A stretch of DNA of 64,000 nt from positions 1 to 64,000 of the forward strand of contig NIVC01003521.1 of the NCBI GenBank assembly GCA_002269645.1. The letters run 5' to 3'. The number at the start of each line of letters is the position of its first letter. The stretch's first letter is position 1. Shown here piece by piece: positions 12,901 through 23,860 of the stretch. The notes below the pieces were generated by a model. That model was not told the DNA's origin. It saw nothing but the letters and a program-made list of their open reading frames with translations, and ran no database searches. Source of the stretch: Macrostomum lignano (taxonomy: Eukaryota). The translations under genes and the position numbers were made by a program.

Positions 12901-15891
12901 AGGCAGAGCCATGCGGTCGGCTATCGGATGACAGTCATGCAGCAGCCGCCGCTGCCCAGCAGACTTTTGTCGGCGACTCGTCTTGTTTGTCGCGTACTGG
13001 ACGCCGTTATTGAGCAGCGGCAGCAGCGGCGGACCTCTCCTTTGTGCTTCCTCGCCGAGGAGGAGTCAAGAAGGTTCTGGACGGATCGCCCGTTCAACAG
13101 CAGCCCGTCGACAACTCCGGACGCCGGCGGCCTGGTGTACAACTCCGAGGCTGACGCTGACGGAGTGACAGCAACTCAGGAGGTCGAATTCGCCGAAATC
13201 GAAGGCTGCCGAGCCACCTGTTGCTACGTGTGGTTTCTGTACACCCGGCGCGGCTCGCCCTACAAGGCCGGCCTGATTTACTCTGCCGATGGCGGCAGCT
13301 GGACTCAGTTTGTCACGGAGGGCGGCGCCGACAGCGAGCGTCTGTTGGCTAGCTACTCTGGCGAGTTCATTACGGACTGTCCGCGTTTGGCCGAGAGTTT
13401 GAGCTCGCTGTTGGACAGCTTGAAGCACATTGTGTTAAGACTGCCGCACTGATGGTCGATAAATTTTGTGCCTGACTTTCCGCAATCGAAGCATATTCGC
13501 ATGCATATTGTTTGGTTTTTAATGAAGGCCGGTTTTTGCCGCCAAAAAAGCATAAGCGAGACAGGGAGTTTTCAGTTTCTTTAGCACTGAATTAAAAATA
13601 TGTCACCTTCTGGACTTCAAATTGCAAATTAAGCAAACAATAGAGTACTAGAGTACTAGAGTACTACAATAGAGTACTAGAGTACTAGAGTACTGGAGTA
13701 CTACAATAGAGTACTAGAGTACCAGAGTACTGGAGTACTAGAGTACTACAATACAGAGTACTAGAGTACTAAAACACAGAGTACTAGAGTACTACAATAA
13801 AGTACTAGAGTACTCTAGAGTACTGGAGTACTTGAGTACTTGAGATTAGAGACTACAGACGATACTGAAGAGACCCCGTGTATCAGCAATGTTCCAGAGA
13901 AACTTCTAGCCAGATTTCTTCCCAGTGTGCAGAAAGCAAAGCTCTGCAAAACCCATTTAGAGATTGCACTCGAGAAAATTGGGAATCACTTAGCTTAAAA
14001 CTGGAAAAGCTCCTGGATTGTACCAATGCACAACTGGCACAACTGGCGAGTGTAGTGGCCTTCCTACTTTGGTTGTTCACGCGTGTGCCTTTTTCTGTGG
14101 TTAGGCCTAATTAAATGTAAATGTAATAATAATCATTCATCGTAATTTTGGAATGCGTTATCTAAACGGTTTTTATAACTGCTAAGTTTATTTCTGTGTG
14201 TTCGAACTATTAATTAGATTAATATAATGCAGTCAATCTTAGCCGATAAAAAAGTGAATTTGCATCCTGCATGCAACATCTGCACTCAATTTAAAAGTAC
14301 GGTCAATATATAAAATTTGTATGTCATTTTTAACTTCGATTGATAAAAGCAATGCTTTTCATTTCGTTGACCCTAAGCCGATCTATATTATATAAAACAT
14401 ATTGCATTGGCGAGATGGGAAGTTTTCAGTTTTTTTAGCGCTGAATTCCCAATTTCCCAATATCTAGGTGTTTTGTCCGAGGTGCCCTCACAAGTTCATT
14501 GAGCATCCAGGAACATGCTACTGGAAATCATGTTTCTACAAAGTTGTTTTTACGAAATGATAATGCTACACATTATTTGGCGCTTGATACGCGCCACCCA
14601 AGTTGTAAGCATAATATTCAACTCGGAGAATCTCTATTATATCCTATCCAATACTGAAAAAAACTTCAAAGGATGTGTCGCAGCTGACCTCGCCAACTGG
14701 GCGCCTGCCGCTTCTGCCCGGATGGCAGAGCCGCGCCAGGCCGCTGCACTGCTGCTACAAGCTGGTGAGAGCCGCCTTCCCGGTGTGGGGCCTTCAGACT
14801 CGGGTGGAGGCTTACGTGCAGGACCGCCTCGTCCAACAGCTGTTGCTGCATGCCCACAGGCAGGCGGCCGCGTGGATGGACAACTGGCTGGGTGAGCGGT
14901 CTGTGAGATATCATCATATCTCATCAAAGGGCCAGGAGATATCATATCTCATCAAAGGGCCGGGAGATATCATATCTCATCAAAGGGCCGGGAGATATCA
15001 TATCTCATCAAAGGGCTGGGAGAGATAGCGGCTCATCAAAGGGCTGGGAGAGATAGCGGCTCATCAAAGGGCTGGGAGAGATAGCGGCTCATCAAAGGGT
15101 TGGGAGAGATAGCGGCTCATCAAAGGGCTGGGAGAGATAGCGGCTCATCAAAGGGTTGGGAGAGATAGCGGCTTATCAAAGGGTTTGGAGAGATAGCGGC
15201 TCATCAAAGGGTTGGGAGAGATAGCGGCTCATCAAAGGGTTGGTAGAGATAGCAGCTCATCAAAGGGTTGGTAGAGATAGCGGCTCATCAAAGGGTTGGT
15301 AGAGATAGCGGCTCATCAAAGGGGATGGGAGAGATAGCGGCTCATCAAGGGGCTGGGAGAGATAGCGACTCATCAAAGGGCTGGGAGAGATAGCAGCTCA
15401 TCAAGGGGCTGGGAGAGATAGCGGCTCATCAAAGGGGATGGGAGAGATAGCGGCTCATCAAGGGGCTGGGAGAGATAGCGACTCATCAAAGGGTTGGGAG
15501 AGATAGCGGCTCATCAAAGGGGCTGGGAGAGATAGCGGCTCATCAAAGGGGATGGGAGAGATAGCGGCTCATCAAAGGGTTGGGAGAGATAGCGGCTCAT
15601 CAAAGGGGCTGGGAGAGATAGCGGCTCATCAAAGGGGATGGGAGAGATAGCGGCTCATCAAAGGGGATGGGAGAGATAGAGGCTCATCAAAGGGGATGGG
15701 AGAGATAGCGGCTCTATAATATTTCGCTCTAATATTTCATCCATACTTTTACACAAGGCCTATCCGAGGACGAGATCAGAACCATCGAGAGTCAGCTATT
15801 CGACGAGACAAACCGTCTAGTAGAGGGCGAGTCGGTCAATGCCGAAACAGAAGAAGAACAGGAGGCTGACAGAGATGATGCAGAGCATTGA
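9996..15891 (+). CDS. PITPNC1: Cytoplasmic phosphatidylinositol transfer protein (PITPNC1/RdgB-beta-like), 8 exons, about 287 aa
   Basis: Exons 9996-9999 (ATGG|gtaagt), 10749-10983, 11518-11609, 11696-11703, 11784-11855, 12464-12562, 14672-14891, 15758-15891 (864 nt). Motifs: EYRIPMP..EYRLGQIYMIAKH, NEPYE, EKSYNHFP, IDIA.D, CYKLV...WGLQTRVE, HRQAAAWMD.W. The exact exon-2 acceptor is one of several phase-1 AGs. Confidence 0.92.
10178..10727. repeat. 54-nt minisatellite, about 10 copies, PITPNC1 intron 1
   Basis: Unit gactgctctgattggtcagtcgcagtcagtagctaccctcacaagatccatctg, near-identical copies. Confidence 0.97.
11025..11310. repeat. CT-rich 12-nt-based compound repeat, PITPNC1 intron 2
   Basis: Variants of ccctgcgtctct / ccgtgcatctct / ctgtgca. 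Confidence 0.9.
12928..13452 (+). CDS. Intronless hypothetical protein (174 aa) nested in PITPNC1 intron 6, same strand
   Basis: ATG-to-TGA GC-rich non-repetitive ORF with exon-like codon usage. TATA-like tatataaa about 55 nt upstream. No family recognised. Confidence 0.6.
   Translation: MTVMQQPPLPSRLLSATRLVCRVLDAVIEQRQQRRTSPLCFLAEEESRRFWTDRPFNSSPSTTPDAGGLVYNSEADADGVTATQEVEFAEIEGCRATCCYVWFLYTRRGSPYKAGLIYSADGGSWTQFVTEGGADSERLLASYSGEFITDCPRLAESLSSLLDSLKHIVLRLPH
13640..13855. repeat. Short tandem repeat of gagtacta variants
   Basis: Repeated tagagtac/agtact palindromic core. Confidence 0.9.
14905..15712. repeat. 27-28-nt minisatellite, PITPNC1 last intron
   Basis: Unit gggagagatagcggctcatcaaagggct(g), about 28 copies, with a diverged 5' sub-array. 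Confidence 0.96.
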
Positions 15892-16554
15892 CCGCAAAAA
15901 TTGCTTTTCACCAAGCGTCAAATACAAAAAACGATCATTGAGATTCACCTAAGGCTAAAAACAAAAATTGCAACCATTAGATAAACTAAATAAAATTGAA
16001 AACAAGACGACACTTTTAGAAGGATTTCTATACTTCAATGTCGTTCAAATACTGAGAAAAAAGTTGCTTATATATTTATTCAGACTCGTTTATAAATCTT
16101 TTTTTAAACATGCAACGCAAAATAGTAACTCAAAAAGCTATTGCACAATGTTTGAGTCAATAATTTTCCCATAAGAGTTTTATTGTATAGTAATAAAGAA
16201 AGACAAAAATGTAAATTCTTTTTAATACTACTGACAATCGATGAGTAGTAAAAAGGGGCATGCAAATCGGTAGCAAAAAATATCTAGTGTAAAAATTTGG
16301 CGCAGAAATACTGGAAAATTTCAGATAGCATATCGATAGGGCAGAATATGCGATTATTGGCACGCATTCGAGACTCAGCACCTCGGGCAAGCAGCAGCAG
16401 CCAGTCATTATTCATTAAATATGACATTCAGTTGCATACATAAAATATTCAGTTAAAAACGTTTCTTGAATAAAACTTTTTTATTCTCTTTGCAAAACCA
16501 AGCCAGATACTGAAATAATAAGACTCACATTGATTCAAACCCGTAAAAAAGTTT

Positions 16555-18020
16555 AGAATCCCTAGATAGATTTCTGGCATTTAGATTTGATAGGGAAGAT
16601 TTTTGGCATTAAGAATCCCATAGGGGAGATTTCTGGCATTTAGATTCGATAGGGAAGATTTTTGGAATTTAGAATCCCATAGGGGAGATTTCTGACATTT
16701 ATATTCGATAGGGGAGATTTCTGGCATTTAGAATCCCCTAGGAAGATTTCTGGCATTTACATGTAGAATCCCCTAGGGAGATTTCTGGCATTTAGAATCC
16801 CCTAGGGAGATTTCTGGCATTTAGAATCCCCTAAGGGAGATTTCTGGCATTTAGAATCCCCTAGGGAGATTTCTGGCATTTAGAATCCCCTAAGGGAGAT
16901 TTCTGGAATTTAGAATCCCCTAAGGGAGATTTCTGGCATTTAGAATCCCCTAGGGAGATTTCTGGCATTTAGAATCCTCTAAGAGAGATTTCTGGCATTT
17001 AGAATCCCCTAGGGAGATTTCTGGCATTTAGAATGCTCTAAGAGAGATTTCTGGCATTTAGAATCCCCTAAGGGAGATTTCTGGAATTTAGAATCCCCTA
17101 GGGAGATTTCTGGCATTTAGAATCCTCTAAGGGAGATTTCTGGCATTTAGAATCCCCTAGGGAGATTTCTGGCATTTAGAATCCCCTAGGGAGATTTCTG
17201 GCATTTAGAATCCCCTAGGGAGATTTCTGGCATTTAGAATCCCCTAAGGGAGATTTCTGGCATTTAGAATCCCCTAGGGAGATTTCTGGCATTTAGAATC
17301 CCCTAAGGGAGATTTCTGGCATTTAGAATCCCCTAGGGAGATTTCTGGCATTTAGAATCCCCTAAGGGAGATTTCTGGCATTTAGAATCCCCTAGGGAAA
17401 TTTCTGGCATTTAGAATCCCCTAAGGGAGATTTCTGGAATTTAGAATCCCCTCGGGAGATTTCTGGCATTTAGAATCCTCTAAGAGAGATTTCTGGCATT
17501 TAGAATCCCCTAGGGAGATTTCTGGCATTTAGAATCCCCTAGGGAGATTTCTGGCATTTAGAATCCCCTAGGGAGATTTCTGGCATTTAGAATCCCCTAG
17601 GGAGATTTCTGGCATTTAGAATCCCCTAGGGAGATTTCTGGCATTTAGAATCCCCTAGGGAGATTTCTGGCATTTAGAATCCCCTAAGGGAGATTTCTGG
17701 AATTTAGAATCCCCTAAGGGAGATTTCTGGCATTTAGAATCCCCTAGGGAGATTTCTGGCATTTAGAATCCTCTAAGAGAGATTTCTGGCATTAAGAATT
17801 CCCTAGGGGGATTTCTGGCATTTAGAATCCCCTAGGGAGATTTCTGGCATTTAGAATCCCCTAGGGAGATTTCTGGCATTTAGAATCCCCTAGGGAGATT
17901 TCTGGCATTTAGAATCCCCTAGGGAGATTTCTGGCATTTAGAATCCCCTAAGGGAGATTTCTGGCATTTAGAATCCTCTAAGTGGGATTTCTGGCATTAA
18001 CAATTCCCTAGGGGGATTTC
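16555..18020. repeat. 28-29-nt palindromic minisatellite, about 50 copies
   Basis: Unit gggagatttctggcatttagaatccccta(a); junctions form the palindrome ccctaggg. Confidence 0.97.
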
Positions 18021-18144
18021 CCCATAGGGGGAATCGATCCGACAATCATTCCCAATGGTAAATAAAGCACTAAAATCTCTAAAGATACTACTTGATAAGT
18101 AATCAGCACATTGGCCAGACCGCTGGTGCAGAGATTCAATCAGA

Positions 18145-18710
18145 TCAGTCGCTGTCCCATTCGTCAGAACTGACGCAGTCGTCATCGTCACTGGAGTAGT
18201 CGGTCCGGCGGCAGCCCGCACAAGTACCGTGCGTGCCCTGGTACACACCGATCAGGTATTTCTCCAGATCGGCAGCCAGCGAGTTGCTGGGAGCGACGGC
18301 AGGAACCGACGGCCGCCTGGGCTTGCCAATTAGGCCCAGCGGAACCTGCGGCTTCGGCGGCGGAGGAGGCGGTGGAGGAGCCGGCGGTGGGGGCGGTGGT
18401 GGGGGCGGTGGTGGGGCGGTGGTGGGGGCGGGGGAGGCGCTGGCGCGGCCGGAGCGGAGACGGCGCTCGTGGAATTCGAAGGCAGCAGCGGCGGAACGCT
18501 CGGCACAGGCGGAGGCGGCGGGCGCGGACGGCGCGGCTTCTCCGGCGCCGGTTTTGGCTGCGCCGCCGCCGGGACCTGGAAGAGGCAAGAGGGATTCAAT
18601 GGGGTTGAGTAGCATAGCGGTAACGCGTCCGACTCGAGACCAACCAACTAACTTACTAACTAACTGACTGACTAACTGACTATCTGACTGACTAACTGAC
18701 TAACTAACTG

Positions 18711-18766
<56 letters not shown>

Positions 18767-18767
18767 G

Positions 18768-18826
<59 letters not shown>

Positions 18827-18827
18827 G

Positions 18828-18887
<60 letters not shown>

Positions 18888-19028
18888 ATAACTAACTGAA
18901 TAACTAACTAACTGACTGACTAACTAACTAACTAACTAACTGACTAACTAACTAACTGACTGACTAACTAACTAACTAACTGACTAACTAACTAACTGGC
19001 TAACTTACAAACAAACAAACAAACAAAA

Positions 19029-19095
<67 letters not shown>

Positions 19096-22000
19096 ATAAC
19101 TAACTAACTAACTGACTGACTAACTAACTAACTAACTAACTGACTAACTAACTAACTGACTGACTAACTAACTAACTAACTGACTAACTAACTAACTGGC
19201 TAACTTACAAACAAACAAACAAACAAAATAACTAACTAACTAACTAACTAATCAACTAACTGACTAACGTAGCCATCTGCATTTTAAACGAGAAGATACA
19301 CATGACCCACATTCCACAAAACAAAAGTGATTTGACATTGAACTGTACCTTAGACGCACCAGTCTCCACGCCAGCAGTATAGCCCTGTGATTTAGCCAGC
19401 TCCATCAGATTCTGAATGCCGCCGTGTCTGTCAGCGAATTTGTTCAGAGCCTGCGGCCCGGTCGGACTGGCCGCCACCTTCGCCTGCAGGTCGGCGTCCA
19501 AACTGCCAAACAGCTGGCGCAGCACCGGGTCCGACTGCCAGTCGAACTGGTCGATTCTGGCCGCGTTGTCGGCCAGGGTGTCGACTCCGGCGTGCTGCAC
19601 GTGGCGAAAGTTCTGCGGAGCGCCGATGTCTTGACGGCGGAGGCGGCCGCGCGTGAGGCGACGGTGCTGCGGATGGTGGACGGCTGAATGGGGCGCTGCC
19701 AACGCTGTCATCGGGGTGGCGGTTGACAGAGCGGCTGCAGAGGACTGCGGCGGGACCGGCGCTGCGCTGGTGGCCTCAGAGGTTGGCCGATGGTGGCGCT
19801 GGGAACGGCGGAGGGCGATTCTTATGGAGGGTGGGGCGATTCTTATGGAGGGTGGGGCGATTCTTCAAGAGGGTGGGGCGATTCTTATGGAGGGTAGGGG
19901 CGATTCTTATGGAGGGTGGGGGCGATTCTTATGGAGGGTGGGGCGATTCTTCAAGAGGGTGGGGGCGATTCTTATGGAGGGTGGGGCGATTCTTATGGAG
20001 GGTGGGGGCGATTCTTATGGAGGGTGGGGGCGATTCTTATGGAGGGTGGGGGCGATTCTTATGGAGGGTGGGGGCGATTCTTATGGAGGGTGGGGGCAAT
20101 TCCTATGGAGGATGGGGCGATTCTTATGGAGGGTGGGGGCGATTCTTATGGAGGGTGGGGCGATTCTTATGGAGGGTGGGGCGATTCTTATGGAGGGTGG
20201 GGGCGATTCTTATGGAGGGTGGGGGCGATTCTTATGGAGGGTAGGGGCGATTCTTATGGAGGGTGGGGGCGATTCTTATGGAGGGTGGGGGCGATTCTTA
20301 TGGAGGGTGGGGGCGATTCTGGGCGATTCTTATGGAGGGTGGGGGCGATTCTTATGGAGGGTGGGGCGATTCTTATGGAGGGTGGGGCGATTCTTATGGA
20401 GGGTGGGGGCGATTCTTATGGAGGGTGGGGGCGATTCTTATGGAGGGTAGGGGCGATTCTTATGGAGGGTGGGGCGATTCTGGGCGATTCTTATGGAGGG
20501 TGGGGGCGATTCTTATGGAGGGTGGGGGCGATTCTTATGGAGGGTGGGGGCGATTCTGGGCGATTCTTATGGAGGGTGGGGGCGATTCTTATGGAGGGTG
20601 GGGGAGATTCTTATGGAGGGTGGGAGCGATTCTTATGGAGGGTGGGGGCGATTCCTATGGAGGATGGGGCGATTCTTATGGAGGGTGGGGGCGATTCTTA
20701 TGGAGGGTGGGGGCGATTCTTATGGAGGGTGGGGGCGATTCTTATGGAGGGTGGGCGATTCTTATGGAAGGCAATCAATAGCGCGAGCCCCAGACACTAA
20801 ACCAAGCAGTTATCGCAGTAAAAATCTGCTCTCACCAACTTGCTATCCGCATTCACACTCGACTTCACCCTCCTCAAAGACAGCCGCCGACCAAACCCGC
20901 TGCCGCCACCGCCGCTGCGAATAGGCCGCGAGGCCGGGGCCAGAGCTGGCTCAGCTACTTGCCTAGCCGGGCCCATCTTCAGTGCCTGCAGCTTGACGCA
21001 CTGGCCCAGCCTAGCCCCCTCGTCCAAGCCGGTGTCGCAGTCGGCAAAACAAAAACCGACAACACAATTAGCCGCCTCGAAGTGATGAAAGAAGTCGTAG
21101 GCGCTGTGGTACTGCATGCCCGGATACAGGTCCTGGTCTAGCGCCGGCTCCTGCCGGATGTTGTCCATGTCGTAGAACTGCACGGCGAATCGATGGCCGG
21201 GGCGGCGGACAAAGCAGACGACGCCGGTGGCCAGTGGCACCCAGCGGCTTGGCGGCGGCGTCTCCTGGCCGCGGTACAGCCGGGCCACGGCGCTGGCCAA
21301 GCACTGACAGCCGCTGCGGGCCAGACAGGCTGACAGGGCGGACTGTTCACCTGGCGTCAGCAGCTCGCTCCAGCTGTGACTGACGCCGCCACCGCCGCTG
21401 CCGCTGCTGCTGTCGTTATCTGCAGCCTATAGTGTGCATTATGCAGAAACTTTTATGAATATCAGAGCAGTTCTAACTGAGATTTCAGATCTATAAGTGG
21501 GCTGGGGCGGAACCAATTCAGATCTATAAATGGGCTGAGACGGAACCGATTCAGATCTATAAGTGGTCTTAAGCAGAACTGATTTTCAGATCTATAAGTG
21601 GTCTTAAGCAGAACTGATTTTCAGATCTATAAGTGGGCTTAAGCAGAACCGATTTTCAGATCTATAAGTGGGCTTAAGCAGAACCGATTTTCAGATCTAT
21701 AAGTGGTCTTAAGCAGAACCGATTTTCAGATCTATAAGTGGGCTTAAGCAGAACCGATTTTCAGATCTATAAGTGGGCTTAAGCAGAACCGATTCAGATC
21801 TATAAGAGGTCTTAAGCAGAACCGATTCAGATCTATAAGAAGTCTTAAGCAGAACTGATTCAGATCTATAAGAGGTCTTAAGCAGAACCGATTCAGATCT
21901 ATAAGAAGTCTTAAGCAGAACTGATTCAGATCTATAAGAGGTCTTAAGCAGAACCGATTCAGATCTATAAGAGGTCTTAAGCAGAACCGATTTTCAGATC

Positions 22001-22597
22001 TATAAGTGGGCTTAAGCAGAACCGATTCAGATCTATAAGAGGTCTTAAGCAGAACCGATTCAGATCTATAAGAGGTCTTAAGCAGAACCGATTCAGATCT
22101 ATAAGAAGTCTTAAGCAGAACTGATTCAGATCTATAAGAGGTCTTAAGCAGAACCGATTCAGATCTATAAGAAGTCTTAAGCAGAACTGATTCAGATCTA
22201 TAAGAGGTCTTAAGCAGAACCGATTCAGATCTATAAGAGGTCTTAAGCAGAACCGATTTTCAGATCTATAAGTGGGCTTAAGCAGAACCGATTCAGATCT
22301 ATAAGAGGTCTTAAGCAGAACCGATTCAGATCTATAAGAAGTCTTAAGCAGAACTGATTCAGATCTATAAGAGGTCTTAAGCAGAACCGATTCAGATCTA
22401 TAAGAAGTCTTAAGCAGAACTGATTCAGATCTATAAGAGGTCTTAAGCAGAACTGATTCAGATCTATAAGAGGTCTTAAGCAGAACCGATTTTCAGATCT
22501 ATAAGTGGGCTTAAGCAGAACCGATTCAGATCTATAAGTGGGCTGGGGCGGAACCGATTCAGATCTAATTTCCGTATAATCTAAAAAAGTACACCAT
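18145..22597 (-). CDS. WASL: WASP-family actin nucleation-promoting factor, with an apparent 1-nt frameshift at about 18413-18416
   Basis: Exons 21426-20857 (WH1: SELLTPGEQ..CLASAVARLY..W..TGVVCFVR), 19798-19349 (CRIB RQDIGAPQNFRHVQHAG plus GBD), 18575-18145 (polyPro, central helix, acidic SSDDDD..DEWDSD). Putative ATG-only exon at 22597-22595 (weak donor) or an SL-derived AUG. Confidence 0.85.
18645..19268. repeat. (TAAC)n/(TGAC)n tetranucleotide microsatellite in WASP intron
   Basis: Continuous taac/tgac/aaac units. Confidence 0.97.
19812..20770. repeat. 22-23-nt G-rich minisatellite in WASP intron
   Basis: Unit ggcgattcttatggagggtggg(g), about 42 copies. Confidence 0.97.
21485..22566. 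repeat. 29-33-nt minisatellite upstream of the WASP WH1 exon
   Basis: Unit tcagatctataagaggtcttaagcagaaccgat(tt), with agatct and cttaag palindromes. Confidence 0.97.
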
Positions 22598-22738
22598 AGA
22601 CTTCAATACACGGCTACTCCACAGAAGTTTTAAAATAATTGTGTAAAAACAAAAGCTGAAATTTATTCTCTAACAGAAAATATTTTATTTACAAAAAATA
22701 GCCAGACTAAATCACTCTAATGACAGGTATTACTGAAG

Positions 22739-23197
22739 TTAATCATTGCAAGGCAGAGCAGACAGGCCATAGGCGAACAGAGCCGCATAGGCCTGTATCT
22801 GGCCAATCTTACTGCAGGCTGCCTCTCGCTCAGCCTCCACGCTGGCCAGGCGGGCACTGGCAAACTCTGCAGCCTCATCCAAGCTCATCTCCAGATGCAC
22901 ATCCATACCAATGTTAACGCACAAGCAGCGCTTAAAATCTGACTGTTTAGTTCCAACAGCGACGCGAGCTTGGACGAAAAATTCGCAGCCAAGATCGCCG
23001 AGAACATTGATGAAGCCATGCTGGCTGCACTCAGACTCCAACGTGGCTACAGTCTGGCGCAGTGCTTGCAACTGCTCAATGTCTCTGTCAAGCTGGTTCC
23101 GCCTGCTTAGCCAGGCCTCCAGATCGGCTAGCAGCTCATTGCGCAGAAAGGCGCGAAATCTGTCTAACTGGTCTGGCTGCGGCTGAACTGATGCCAT
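22739..23197 (-). CDS. UXT: Prefoldin-like protein UXT, single exon, 152 aa
   Basis: FRAFLRNELLADL...DLGCEFFVQA...VNIGMDVHLEMSLDEAAEF matches the UXT pattern (F...VLQRDL, DLGCNFFV, LELTLAEALKF). Confidence 0.88.
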   Translation of the reverse strand: MASVQPQPDQLDRFRAFLRNELLADLEAWLSRRNQLDRDIEQLQALRQTVATLESECSQHGFINVLGDLGCEFFVQARVAVGTKQSDFKRCLCVNIGMDVHLEMSLDEAAEFASARLASVEAEREAACSKIGQIQAYAALFAYGLSALPCND

Positions 23198-23542
23198 GCT
23201 ATTGATATTTGGCTAACTGGGGGCCAATACTGCTGAAATTGCAGACAAAGTTAGTTGTGGGAAAATTGCTTTCACAACAATTTTATTCGATTTAAAAATT
23301 TTGCCAAAACCTGTGACTTGAGACATTACTGATATATACTTATTACTATAGTTTTAAATAAAGCTACCAATTATACAATATTATAGAATAGGCCTAATAA
23401 ACTTTAAAAAGGTCTATAAAGGTATATTAAAAGGTCTGATTGAAACAGATACTTTTAAGCAGAAAATTTACAGATAAAACTTTGATTATACAATTATAGC
23501 TTAAATAGTAAATTATAATAATACTATAGACCAAAATATATG

Positions 23543-23730
23543 GGATTGTAGCCTTCTAGTAAGAGTGAAAGACTTATGACCAAAAGATTAGGGTTCAATT
23601 CTTGGCCTATCTAAAGCAATTTGTATCCTTAGGAGACACTTGCATTGCTTCAGTTTATCTAGCTAAAAAATAGGCACTATCATTGTATTATTAGTTAGGA
23701 TATAATTGAAAGTATGTGGCTAATCTTTAG
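23543..23730 (+). mobile_element. Degraded AT-eroded copy of SINE family 1
   Basis: ggattgtagcc...ggttcaattc...caatttgtatccttaggagacact..gcattgcttc is colinear with 4119-4300. Confidence 0.65.
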
Positions 23731-23860
23731 TCTATGGACTGAATACTAAATTGCCATATATAACTTTTAGCTATACTACACAATAGCTATACTTATAGCT
23801 AAGCTACTAGTTGCATATCTGCCTATTAAGGTAAGTTTAATAAATTAATAACTATTAATA

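Noticed and set aside
13859-14114. Exon-like stretch after the gagtacta repeat
   Set aside because: Short ORFs only; no frame-compatible role in PITPNC1 or the nested gene.
18645-19268. (TTAG)n on the minus strand as a telomeric repeat
   Set aside because: It is a four-base unit inside a WASP intron, not TTAGG or TTAGGG.
14905-22566. Regularly spaced 27-33-nt repeats as possible CRISPR arrays
   Set aside because: The units are directly adjacent with no unique spacers, there are no cas genes, and the context is eukaryotic.
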